The translations under genes and the position numbers were made by a program. The notes beneath the pieces were generated by a model, which was not told where the DNA came from, searched no databases, and worked only from the letters and a program-made list of their open reading frames with translations. 12,425 nt of DNA from Pseudomonadota bacterium (GTDB lineage: Bacteria > Bdellovibrionota_B > Oligoflexia > Oligoflexales > CAIYRB01), in contig JANOTL010000110.1 of NCBI GenBank assembly GCA_031416315.1, positions 1 through 12,425 on the forward strand, read 5' to 3'. Shown piece after piece: positions 1-7,340 of this stretch. Every line of letters begins with the position of its first letter. Position 1 is the stretch's first letter.

Positions 1-73
1 CAAGCGATCGTGAAATTGCCGGGGAATCCGGCGAGAGCGAGGGTCGCGTGACGGACGCTATGGGTAGCGCCGC

Positions 74-173
74 GAGATCCCTCGCTCCGCTCCTGAGGAG
101 CAAAGCGACGAAGGATCTCGGCGATAACCAACTGATTCGATCGACGCGGTGAGATCCTTCGCTGCGCTCAGGA
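74..173. repeat. REP-like palindromic repeat cluster: one inverted pair plus a truncated third arm
   Basis: TCCTGAGGAGCAAAGCGACGAAGGATCTC (91-119) is an imperfect inverted copy of GAGATCCTTCGCTGCGCTCAGGA (151-173). A third arm, GAGATCCCTCGCTCCGCTC (74-92), overlaps the first. The unit resembles the widespread GTCATCCTGAGCGCAGCGAAGGATCT-type extragenic repeats. Confidence 0.75.
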
Positions 174-204
174 TAGTCTCTGGCGCGTTTCGCGCCAGAG
201 ACTA
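174..204 (-). terminator. Perfect 14-bp stem hairpin, possible terminator or RNA stabiliser downstream of the OmpA-PDZ gene
   Basis: TAGTCTCTGGCGCG-TTT-CGCGCCAGAGACTA is a perfect inverted repeat about 85 nt past the stop at 288. There is no U-tract on either side, so the terminator role is uncertain. Confidence 0.45.
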
Positions 205-287
205 GTTAGCGAGGAATTCACACACCGCGCCAGCCCCAATTTCAGCCGCGCTCGCGCTCGGTATCGCTGCGATGGGTGAGCACCAGC

Positions 288-974
288 TCAGTTCTCGAGA
301 AAACGCAGCTTCAACGTCTCCCGCGTCAAGAACACCTCCCGACGCCCTTCGACGCCGACACGCTCGAACTCGAGTCCGACGACGGTGTTTTCGATCCCGC
401 GGATCAGTTGCACGGCCTTCGGCAGACTCAGCGCCGCCACGGGCACCCACGCGGCATCCTCGCTCGTCTTCACGGAGACGATTCGGTCGCCTACCTCGAG
501 CGCGCCGTCGACCTGCGCCGGCGAATCGGCGAGCACTTCGTCGACGACGATGGCCCCTTTGATCGGCGCCAAGGCCAAGCCGATGCCCACGATGGGCGCG
601 AGGGCCGGCGCTTCGTCGAACGACGGGAAGGCCGTAGCCTGGCACGAAGCGGTCCCGGGAAGCGTTCCGTAAGCAATCGTCGCGATCCGGTCTCCATCGA
701 GGCCGCGCTCGCTCAGCTGCTCCTTGAGCTTCACCGCCCGTTGCTCGCTCAAGACGAGGAGATCGTCCTCGGTTGTATTGGGAAGCCGGTCTTCCTGACA
801 GTAATAGCCAGCGATCTGGACTTTGGTCGTCTCCGGAAACTCCGCGAGCCAGGCGGCGATGGCGTCGACGTCCGAGATCTCCGCGTCGAGCGTCACGGTC
901 CCCGGCTGAAAGCTGACCGAATGCCCGATGAAGGGCTGAAACACCGCAGCGGCAAAGAGCAGACCAGTGATCAT
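288..974 (-). CDS. Exported protein with degenerate OmpA-like C-terminal (peptidoglycan-binding) domain fused to a Prc/CtpA-type PDZ domain, 228 aa
   Basis: ATG at 974 with GGAGG 6 nt upstream, then a hydrophobic N-terminus (MITGLLFAAAVF). LSEQRAVKLKEQLSERGLDGDRIATIAYG matches the OmpA-C LSxxRA...GYG pattern. GIGLAL...VVDEVLADSPAQVDGALEVGDRIVSV...AVQLIRGIENTVVGLEFER matches S41 peptidase PDZ domains. Confidence 0.8.
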   Translation of the reverse strand: MITGLLFAAAVFQPFIGHSVSFQPGTVTLDAEISDVDAIAAWLAEFPETTKVQIAGYYCQEDRLPNTTEDDLLVLSEQRAVKLKEQLSERGLDGDRIATIAYGTLPGTASCQATAFPSFDEAPALAPIVGIGLALAPIKGAIVVDEVLADSPAQVDGALEVGDRIVSVKTSEDAAWVPVAALSLPKAVQLIRGIENTVVGLEFERVGVEGRREVFLTRETLKLRFLEN

Positions 975-1036
975 GAGACGCCTCCGTGTAAGGACTGCTT
1001 TAAGGATGACGCGCATTGCGTGTGAAGACGATGAGT

Positions 1037-1753
1037 CTACAAATCGAGCTCGCGCAAGCACGCATCTTTAAACCCGAGCTCGCATCCCTTCTTGAACAGC
1101 TTCATCGCCTCGTCCTTCTTCCCTGCCCGCTGCCGAGCGTCGCCCGCGTTGCTGCACCCACCGCCGTAGCCCATGTCGCAGCTCTTCGTGAACAGCGCGT
1201 ACGCCGTAGCCGGATCACGCTTCCCTCCGGCGCCGAGGTCGAGCATGAAGCCTTGCTTGTTGCAGCTGATGGCGTCACCGCCTTTGCAGCACGACTCGTA
1301 CTGCACAACCGCGTCGCCCATTTTGCTCGCCGCCTGCAGGTCGACACCTTGCAGATAGCAAAGAAGATGCTCGACCTTCGCCTCGGCGGCCTTACTCCCG
1401 GCGAACGGTGCGCATGCCTTCGCGGGCTTCTTTGGCCGCGCGAACGTCGCTTTCGCCGTCCACTCGTCGACCCCCGCGAGCTTGCCGCCGAAGACCGTGA
1501 GCTCGTGCACGGCCTTGTCCGCGAGAACGAAGAGCCGCCCCTGATGCACGAAATACGGCTGCGCGTTCTCCATCCCGCTGGCCTCGGAGGTGACGGTCTC
1601 GCCGCCGGAGAACGTGAAGGTCTGGTAGAGCGAGGCCTTGGCCGTCGTCTCGTAGCGTCCGCACAGCGCGGCCTTGCGCGTGTCCTCCAGCGTCTTTGCC
1701 AGCGGAAATTTGAGGTTCAAAGCTGCGGAAACGGCCATCAGGATGATGCTCAT
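1037..1753 (-). CDS. Exported Sel1-like repeat (Hcp-type, Cys-paired) protein with N-terminal beta-rich domain, 238 aa
   Basis: AGGAG RBS upstream and a hydrophobic N-terminus. C-terminal repeats CKGGDAISCNKQG, DPATAYALFTKSCDMGYGGGCSNAG and EAMKLFKKGCELGFKDAC fit the SEL1 pattern A..LF.KAC..G....C. Confidence 0.8.
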   Translation of the reverse strand: MSIILMAVSAALNLKFPLAKTLEDTRKAALCGRYETTAKASLYQTFTFSGGETVTSEASGMENAQPYFVHQGRLFVLADKAVHELTVFGGKLAGVDEWTAKATFARPKKPAKACAPFAGSKAAEAKVEHLLCYLQGVDLQAASKMGDAVVQYESCCKGGDAISCNKQGFMLDLGAGGKRDPATAYALFTKSCDMGYGGGCSNAGDARQRAGKKDEAMKLFKKGCELGFKDACLRELDL

Positions 1754-1774
1754 CAGGGGGCTCCTCTTTCGGCA

Positions 1775-1782
1775 ATCTTACC
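1775..1782 (-). promoter_or_regulatory. Possible -10 element (GGTAAGAT) for the Sel1/OmpA-PDZ operon
   Basis: TAAGAT on the minus strand lies about 20 nt upstream of the start at 1753. The same GGTAAGAT octamer occurs upstream of the gene starting at 9826. No convincing -35. Confidence 0.35.
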
Positions 1783-1857
1783 TGAATCGGTTGCCCCCGC
1801 GCTCCCGAAGCGGCACGATGGCGTCGCAAACCCGGTCCTACCGAAAACGGAGCTCGT

Positions 1858-2874
1858 ATGGTCGCGAACCGCGTGAAATGGGGGATCCTCGGCTGCGCCG
1901 GCATCGCCCGCAAGGTCTTGATCCCGGCGATCGCCGCGACGCCGGATGCGACGCTCCACGCCATTGCGAGCCGTGACGCTTCGAAAGCGGCGGCCTGGGC
2001 GCAGGAATTCGGCGCCGCGCGCGCCTACGGGAGCTACGAGGACTTGCTCGCAGACCCCGAGGTCGACGCCGTCTATATCCCACTCCCGAACGCGCAGCAC
2101 GCCCCGTGGACGATCCGAGCCCTTGCCGCAGGTAAGCACGTCCTTTGCGAAAAGCCGCTCGCGGCGACCGCGGCCGAAGCGGAGATGATCGCGAGTGCCG
2201 CGCGCGAGACCGGAAAGCTGGTGCTCGAAGCGTTCATGTATCGTTTCCACCCGCTGACCCGCAAGATCGTGCAACTCGTTCGCGACGGCGCGATCGGCCC
2301 GATCCTGACGATGCGCGGAGCTTTCTCGTTCGTCCTCGACGACGAGGCGAACGTGCGCCTGCAGCCGTCCGAGGCTGGTGGCGCCTTGATGGACGTCGGC
2401 TGCTACTGCGTGAGCTTTGCGCGCTTGCTCGCCGGCGAGGAGCCGCGAACCGCGTTCGCCGCGATGAACTTCGCGGCGGAAGCACGCGACGACTTGCGTC
2501 CCGTCGACCTCGCGACGACTGGCACGCTCACGTTCCCGTCCGGCGCCACCTTGCAATTCTCGAGCCGTTTCGATTCCGCGGGCGACGGTCAGTGGTTCGA
2601 AATCGTCGGCGCACGCGGTAAAATCCGCGTCGAGCGCCCCTTCAATCAATGGAAACCAGGACGAGCCGACCCGACGTCACCGCTCTTTCTGAACGACGAG
2701 CGCATCGAAGTGGAGAATCGCAACCAATTCGAGCTGGAAGTCGCCGCATTCGATCACGCGGTGCTCACCGGCGATCGCTCGGGTTTGACGCCGATCGAGG
2801 ACGGAGTCTTCAACATGCGTGCGATCGACGCGCTTTACGCCAGCGCGCTCGGCCAACGCGTGGTCGAGCCCTGA
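1858..2874 (+). CDS. Gfo/Idh/MocA family NAD(P)-dependent oxidoreductase, 338 aa
   Basis: GGAG RBS. Rossmann start WGILGCAGIA, then DAVYIPLPNAQH, GKHVLCEKP, EAFMYRFHP and GGALMDVGCY motifs. Confidence 0.95.
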   Translation: MVANRVKWGILGCAGIARKVLIPAIAATPDATLHAIASRDASKAAAWAQEFGAARAYGSYEDLLADPEVDAVYIPLPNAQHAPWTIRALAAGKHVLCEKPLAATAAEAEMIASAARETGKLVLEAFMYRFHPLTRKIVQLVRDGAIGPILTMRGAFSFVLDDEANVRLQPSEAGGALMDVGCYCVSFARLLAGEEPRTAFAAMNFAAEARDDLRPVDLATTGTLTFPSGATLQFSSRFDSAGDGQWFEIVGARGKIRVERPFNQWKPGRADPTSPLFLNDERIEVENRNQFELEVAAFDHAVLTGDRSGLTPIEDGVFNMRAIDALYASALGQRVVEP

Positions 2875-3732
2875 TCAGCGCACGCGCCTCTCCCGCGCCA
2901 CCCGCCCGAGTCGCTCCGGATAATTTGTCATCACCCCGTCCGCGCCCGCCTCCAACAGCGCGCGCATCTCGCTCTCGTCGTCGATCGTCCAGTAATACAC
3001 CGCGAGCCCGTGAGCGTGCGCGAAGGCGACGAGGCCGGGGCGTCCAAGGTCCAAGAACGGCCCGAGCCGCCGCGAGATCTGCAGCGACGCATACTCCGGC
3101 GCCACGGAAAGGCCCAAAAAGTAGGCGAAGACGAACGTCACGGCTTCGCGCACGTGTGCCGCGGTCGCGACCTCGCCCTGCGCCGCTTCACGAAAGGCAT
3201 GGAGCACGCCGGCGTGAAAGCTCGCCACGATCACGGATTTCTGCCGCCCCGTCTTCCGCAGCAGGGCGAGCAAGGCGCCCGCGACCTCGGGACGATCTTC
3301 CTTGATCTCGAGGTTCAGCCGCGCGGAATAGCGCGCGAGCACCTCGACCAGGGGGATGGGCGCCCGGTCTCCTGCGGCATGCCGAAGCTGCTCCAAGCTC
3401 GACGACGCGATGGGAAGCGGCACCCCGGCCACCCGCGTGAGATCGCGATCATGCGCCACCACGAGCACGCCGTCGCGCGTCATGCGCACGTCGAGCTCGA
3501 GCACGTCCGCACCCTGACCGAGCGCCAAGTCGTACGCGTCCCAACTGTGCTCCGCTCGCTCTCCGGAGGCGCCACGGTGCGCGATGTTCAGCGGCGTCGG
3601 CAGGCCGACGAAGAAAGGCTGAAGCGGGACGGCGACCGGCGGTTGCTGCACGATCCGGAGAGCGAGCCAACCGATGATCGGGAGGGTCGCTGCTGTCAGT
3701 GCCGTCAGGAGGAAGTGGCGCCGCGTTGGCAT
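2875..3732 (-). CDS. Glycerophosphodiester phosphodiesterase (GDPD), with twin-arginine-like signal or anchor, 285 aa
   Basis: Motifs IAHRGASG, GADVLELDVRMTRDGVLVVAHD, LNLEIK, YWTID and GADGVMTNYP. Start placed at MPTRRHFLL (3732) because the longer ORF runs through the tRNA gene. Confidence 0.92.
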   Translation of the reverse strand: MPTRRHFLLTALTAATLPIIGWLALRIVQQPPVAVPLQPFFVGLPTPLNIAHRGASGERAEHSWDAYDLALGQGADVLELDVRMTRDGVLVVAHDRDLTRVAGVPLPIASSSLEQLRHAAGDRAPIPLVEVLARYSARLNLEIKEDRPEVAGALLALLRKTGRQKSVIVASFHAGVLHAFREAAQGEVATAAHVREAVTFVFAYFLGLSVAPEYASLQISRRLGPFLDLGRPGLVAFAHAHGLAVYYWTIDDESEMRALLEAGADGVMTNYPERLGRVARERRVR

Positions 3733-3745
3733 TGGAGAATGGAGG

Positions 3746-3766
3746 ACTCTTTCCTTTGGAAAGAGT
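3746..3766 (-). other. 9-bp perfect hairpin immediately 3' of the tRNA
   Basis: ACTCTTTCC-AAA-GGAAAGAGT on the minus strand. Its first A is the terminal A of the tRNA CCA. No U-tract follows. Confidence 0.5.
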
Positions 3767-3855
3767 GGCGGAGAGGGTGGGAGTCGAACCCACGGTGCCG
3801 TTACCAGCACACTAGATTTCGAGTCTAGCTCATTCGGCCACTCTGACACCTCTCC
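3766..3855 (-). tRNA. tRNA-Ser (anticodon CGA), 90 nt, encoded CCA
   Basis: Reverse complement is GGAGAGGTGTCAGAGTGGCCGAATGAGCTAGACTCGAAATCTAGTGTGCTGGTAACGGCACCGTGGGTTCGACTCCCACCCTCTCCGCCA. Acceptor stem GGAGAGG/CCTCTCC, anticodon arm CTAGA-CTCGAAA-TCTAG, long variable arm, T-loop TTCGACT, discriminator G. Confidence 0.97.
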
Positions 3856-3868
3856 GTGCGAGTGGAGG

Positions 3869-3897
3869 ACTATAGCGGCAATCGCATGGGCTGACTA
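3869..3897 (-). promoter_or_regulatory. Putative sigma70 promoter for tRNA-Ser (and GDPD)
   Basis: Minus strand TAGTCA (3897-3892), 17-nt spacer, TATAGT (3874-3869), ending 13 nt before the tRNA 5' end. Confidence 0.6.
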
Positions 3898-3996
3898 CTT
3901 AGAAATCCGGCGCTATCGCTTTCGCCAAACTGAGGAAACTGCTGGAAAAATTCCAGTCCGCTCACGATTTTCCGCCCGCTTCCGATCCAGTCCTCG

Positions 3997-4731
3997 ATGG
4001 CTAACTTTCCCAAATCCTTCGCTGCCTTGGCCCTTCTCGCCGTCGTGCTCGCGTCGCCGAGCTGCCAGTGCAGCAAGCAGAAAAAATCCGCGGACGACGA
4101 CGTCGGGTCGACGGCGACGGAGACGATTGCGACCGTCAGTGCTTCCGGAGCCGGCTCGCCGACCGTTCCCTTAACGCGCTCCGCCGTCGTCCGCCTGACG
4201 CCCGAGCAGATGTCGAACCAACTCTTCGCGACCTTCGGCTTCCGCCTCGGCTACACCGACGACGACGGGGTTTTCCACGACCAGCTGGTCGAGGACTTCG
4301 GCGTCAGCCTCGGCGGCATCGACTACAAAGTCGCCGACGTCCGCGACCCGGCCGCACGCGTGCAGACCCTCCTGATCACCCGCATGCTTGCGGTCGAGAT
4401 CACCAACCGCATTTGCAGCGACGTCGAGAACGCGGTGGAAAACCGATTCATGGCCCTCGCGAGCCTCACCGAGGACCGTCCCTTCCACAGCAGCGACGCC
4501 GCGAAGACCGAGGCCGAGAAAGCCGCCATCCGCGCCGGGGAGGTCCGCTGGCGCGCCCAGATCGTCGAGTTCTACGAGCGTCTCTTCGCGCGGCAGCCGA
4601 GCGACCGTGAGCTCGCGTTAATCCGCAAGGCCTTCCTCGACGCTTACGTCAAGAACGACCGCCTCACGCCGATGGCTTGGCGCGCGACTATCTTTGCGCT
4701 CGTCTCCACGTTGGAGCTGTGGAGCCTATGA
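3997..4731 (+). CDS. Putative lipoprotein with DUF1553/PSD1-like motifs, 244 aa
   Basis: Signal peptide ending LASPSC-QC (lipobox-like), followed by a Ser/Thr-rich linker. VRLTPEQMSNQL resembles the RRLTAEQ motif. QIVEFYERLFARQPSDRE...AWRATIFALVSTLE resembles the DUF1553 C-terminus. The stop overlaps the next start (ATGA). Confidence 0.7.
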   Translation: MANFPKSFAALALLAVVLASPSCQCSKQKKSADDDVGSTATETIATVSASGAGSPTVPLTRSAVVRLTPEQMSNQLFATFGFRLGYTDDDGVFHDQLVEDFGVSLGGIDYKVADVRDPAARVQTLLITRMLAVEITNRICSDVENAVENRFMALASLTEDRPFHSSDAAKTEAEKAAIRAGEVRWRAQIVEFYERLFARQPSDRELALIRKAFLDAYVKNDRLTPMAWRATIFALVSTLELWSL

Positions 4732-6029
4732 GAATCTCTCGGCGCCAAATGATCAAAGCCGCGGGCGGACTCTCCGCCTACCTCGCCGCCGGCGGCCTCT
4801 TCCCGCACGTCGTGCGCGCCGACGGCACCGTCGCCCCGCGGCGGTTGATCCAGATCTTTCTGCAAGGCGGATGGGACAGCGCCTTAGCCACCGATCCCGT
4901 CGTCGGCAGCAAGGTCACCGGCGGCAACTACGACGCAGCCTACGCCGCAAAAACCTCGGAGATCGTCTCCGGCAAAGCCAACCTCCGCGTGGGCGAGGGC
5001 TTTCTCGCGGCCATTCCCGCCTTCATCTCCGTGCCGACCGCCTTCGTCAACGGCATGTACGTCGAGGTCACGGCGCACGAGCTTGCGACGCAGTACATGC
5101 TCACCGGGCAGCAGACTTTGACCCGCGCGAACGAGCCGACCGCCTTCATCGCCAGCCTCGCGGAAGCCGTGAACGCCTTCCCGCCGCACGTCGTCATCGG
5201 CGGCACGATCCCGCTCGGCGCCACGCGCACGAGCGCGCCGCCGCTCGCCGCGGGCAACGTCGTCGCGTTGCAGAGCTTCCTCAACGTCCCCGAAAAAGGC
5301 CTTGCCTCGGCCCCGGGTCTGGGCGACATCGCGCATGAGCTCACGGTCGCGCTCGACCGACTGCGGTTTGGCGATGGCAGCGCGTCCGCGACCTCCGCCG
5401 CCTGGCTCGCCGCGGAATCCCGACTTCTCGAGATCTACCACAAGAACTTCGGCGCACAGCTCGCCTTCGACGACGCCGTAAAGCTCCGCTACGGCACGAG
5501 CGAAGCCACCTCTAACTCCGGCCTGATCGCCGGCGCTTTCTTGATCGCGAAAGCCGGTCTCTCGCCTTTCACCACCGTGCTTTTGCCCGGCTTCGACACC
5601 CACTCCGAGCCGCTTTCGACCCAGCTCGCGCGCCAAACCGAGGTCGCAGGCGCGCTGACGAACCTGATCAAGGACCTCCGCGCGACGCCGGATCCGGACG
5701 CGCCGCACTTGGCCTTATCCGACACGACCACGGTCGTAATCATGTCGGAGTTCGTGCGCAGCCCCACGTTCAACGTGATCAGCGGCAGCGATCATTGGCA
5801 ATCCGCCTCCGCCATCGTGATGGGCGCCGGCGTCGCCGACGGCGTCGTCCTCGGAAAAACCGCGGACGATGCGACGGCGCTCGGATGGGTCGACGGGGCC
5901 GCCGTGCCCTTCAGCGCCGAGGCGAAGATCGGTCCCGAGCATTTCGCCGCGGCGATCTTGAAGGGCCTTGGTTACGCGTCGCTCGCCGACCCCGAAAACG
6001 CGGGGAGGCTCGATGCGCTCTTCACGTAA
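4728..6029 (+). CDS. DUF1501 family protein with Tat signal, 433 aa
   Basis: GGAG RBS and ATGA overlap at 4728-4731. Twin-arginine motif SRRQMIK. Family motifs IFLQGGWDS...DP, GFDTH, TTVVIMSEFVRSP and GSDHW. Confidence 0.9.
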   Translation: MRISRRQMIKAAGGLSAYLAAGGLFPHVVRADGTVAPRRLIQIFLQGGWDSALATDPVVGSKVTGGNYDAAYAAKTSEIVSGKANLRVGEGFLAAIPAFISVPTAFVNGMYVEVTAHELATQYMLTGQQTLTRANEPTAFIASLAEAVNAFPPHVVIGGTIPLGATRTSAPPLAAGNVVALQSFLNVPEKGLASAPGLGDIAHELTVALDRLRFGDGSASATSAAWLAAESRLLEIYHKNFGAQLAFDDAVKLRYGTSEATSNSGLIAGAFLIAKAGLSPFTTVLLPGFDTHSEPLSTQLARQTEVAGALTNLIKDLRATPDPDAPHLALSDTTTVVIMSEFVRSPTFNVISGSDHWQSASAIVMGAGVADGVVLGKTADDATALGWVDGAAVPFSAEAKIGPEHFAAAILKGLGYASLADPENAGRLDALFT

Positions 6030-7332
6030 GCTCCTCGCCGCTCTCGTCCTTCTGGTCGCGACCGCGATCACCCCGCGCGCGCCGGCCGACCCTGACGTCG
6101 CCGCAAAACTGCGCCTCATGTCGTTCGCCACCCGCGACGCGCCGCCCTCGCTTGCTGAAACGCGCGCCCTAACGAGCGGCGCCACGACACTGGACGCCCT
6201 CGTCGCCACCTGGATCGATGGCGACGAGCACCGGACCAAGGTCAAACGCTTCTTCTACGACATGTTCGGCACCGCTTATCACAAGCTAAGCGCGGGCCTT
6301 CGTCTCAAGAAGACCGATGAAGGCGTCTACTATCTCGAAGAGCGCGGCAGCTGCGCGGTCGGCGTCGCCGTCTCCGTCGCCGCCTGGTGGGTGGGGCCCT
6401 CCGAGACCGTCAAGGTCTGTCCCAACACCGTCTCCTCGGCCTTGAAGTTCGGCACGCCCCTCGTAGACGAGATCGTCTGCACGCTTCCCGCGGGCCTCGT
6501 GGCCGACGCGCGCTGCGGCTGCGGCCCGCAAAATCTCGCCTGCATGCCGGAGGATCATGAGGCCGCCATGTGGGCCTACATGTACGACGGCTTCACCGAG
6601 CGCGGCCTTCTTGCCTACGACGAAGGCCGCACTTGGCTCGATCTTTTCGCGGGCGACACGTTCTACGGCAACCGCAGCATGTACTTCTTCTACATGTGGT
6701 ACGGCTACGTTTACAACACTGGGACACTATACGGCGACGATGTCACGACGCTGCGGTCGCTCCCGCTCGCCGCCCGCGCCGAGGCGCCCTATCCCGTCGG
6801 CGGCGCGGTCACCCGCGCACCGGTCGTCACCGACCCTAACTTCATGGTGCAGTACAACAACTTTCGCTCGCGCATCCGCGCCCTCACCGAGCGGCTCCTT
6901 TGCCAGGACGTCGGCTCGGCGCTGAACGTCGACGACTTCGATCACTTCGTAAACGCGGACCTCGGCGCTTTCAACACTGACCATGGCGTCAAGGCCGGTT
7001 GCTCCGGATGCCACCTCCCGATGGACAACATGGGCTCCGCGCTACTGGCTTGGACCGACACGGGCACGCTCTACAACGCCCCGATCTCGCCTTCGAGTCA
7101 CGTCTTCGGCGAGACCGGCGACGGTGCCCGCTTTCTGATGCAGGGCTTCGTCGAGCGTGGTCCGGGCTTCCAACGCTGCATGGCGAAGCGCGCCTACGAG
7201 ACCTTTTCGGGCGCCGCGTTCGACGAGCTCGCGCCCGAGACTCAAGCCGAGATCGAGGTGATGGCGGCGGGCGGTCCGCGCGACTTGATCCGCAATTTGC
7301 TCGTCTCGCCGATTATTCCAGCGCTGCGTTGA
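6013..7332 (+). CDS. Secreted Cys-rich putative c-type cytochrome (DUF1549/DUF1588/DUF1585-like partner of DUF1501), 439 aa
   Basis: GGGGAGG RBS and 17-nt overlap with the DUF1501 gene. Sec-type signal peptide. N-terminal LRLMSFATRDAPPSLAE resembles LRRLSLDLRGxxPT. Single heme motif H-x5-CSGCH-xxMD at 7000-7014, C-terminal FQRCMAKRAYETFSG, 10 Cys in total. Confidence 0.75.
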   Translation: MRSSRKLLAALVLLVATAITPRAPADPDVAAKLRLMSFATRDAPPSLAETRALTSGATTLDALVATWIDGDEHRTKVKRFFYDMFGTAYHKLSAGLRLKKTDEGVYYLEERGSCAVGVAVSVAAWWVGPSETVKVCPNTVSSALKFGTPLVDEIVCTLPAGLVADARCGCGPQNLACMPEDHEAAMWAYMYDGFTERGLLAYDEGRTWLDLFAGDTFYGNRSMYFFYMWYGYVYNTGTLYGDDVTTLRSLPLAARAEAPYPVGGAVTRAPVVTDPNFMVQYNNFRSRIRALTERLLCQDVGSALNVDDFDHFVNADLGAFNTDHGVKAGCSGCHLPMDNMGSALLAWTDTGTLYNAPISPSSHVFGETGDGARFLMQGFVERGPGFQRCMAKRAYETFSGAAFDELAPETQAEIEVMAAGGPRDLIRNLLVSPIIPALR

Positions 7333-7340
7333 GCCAGGGC

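Noticed and set aside
1..60. Possible gene end or start at the window edge
   Set aside because: Too short to assign a frame or product.
74..204. CRISPR array or riboswitch
   Set aside because: The repeats are inverted and irregular rather than direct with uniform spacers. There are no cas genes and no aptamer consensus I can recognise.
1858..3732. Glycerophosphoinositol catabolic pathway (GDPD plus inositol dehydrogenase)
   Set aside because: The genes are convergent, substrate specificity of either enzyme cannot be read from sequence, and no transporter or iol genes are nearby.
3766..3800. tRNA-Ser 3' end as attachment site of a genomic island or prophage
   Set aside because: No integrase and no second copy of the tRNA 3' end was found by eye in the window. 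Only 9-nt CTCTCCGCC matches occur, inside coding regions. Flanking genes look native in composition.
3733..3849. 39-codon N-terminal extension of GDPD in the ORF track
   Set aside because: It runs through the tRNA gene. The MPTRRHFL start at 3732 gives a proper signal sequence.
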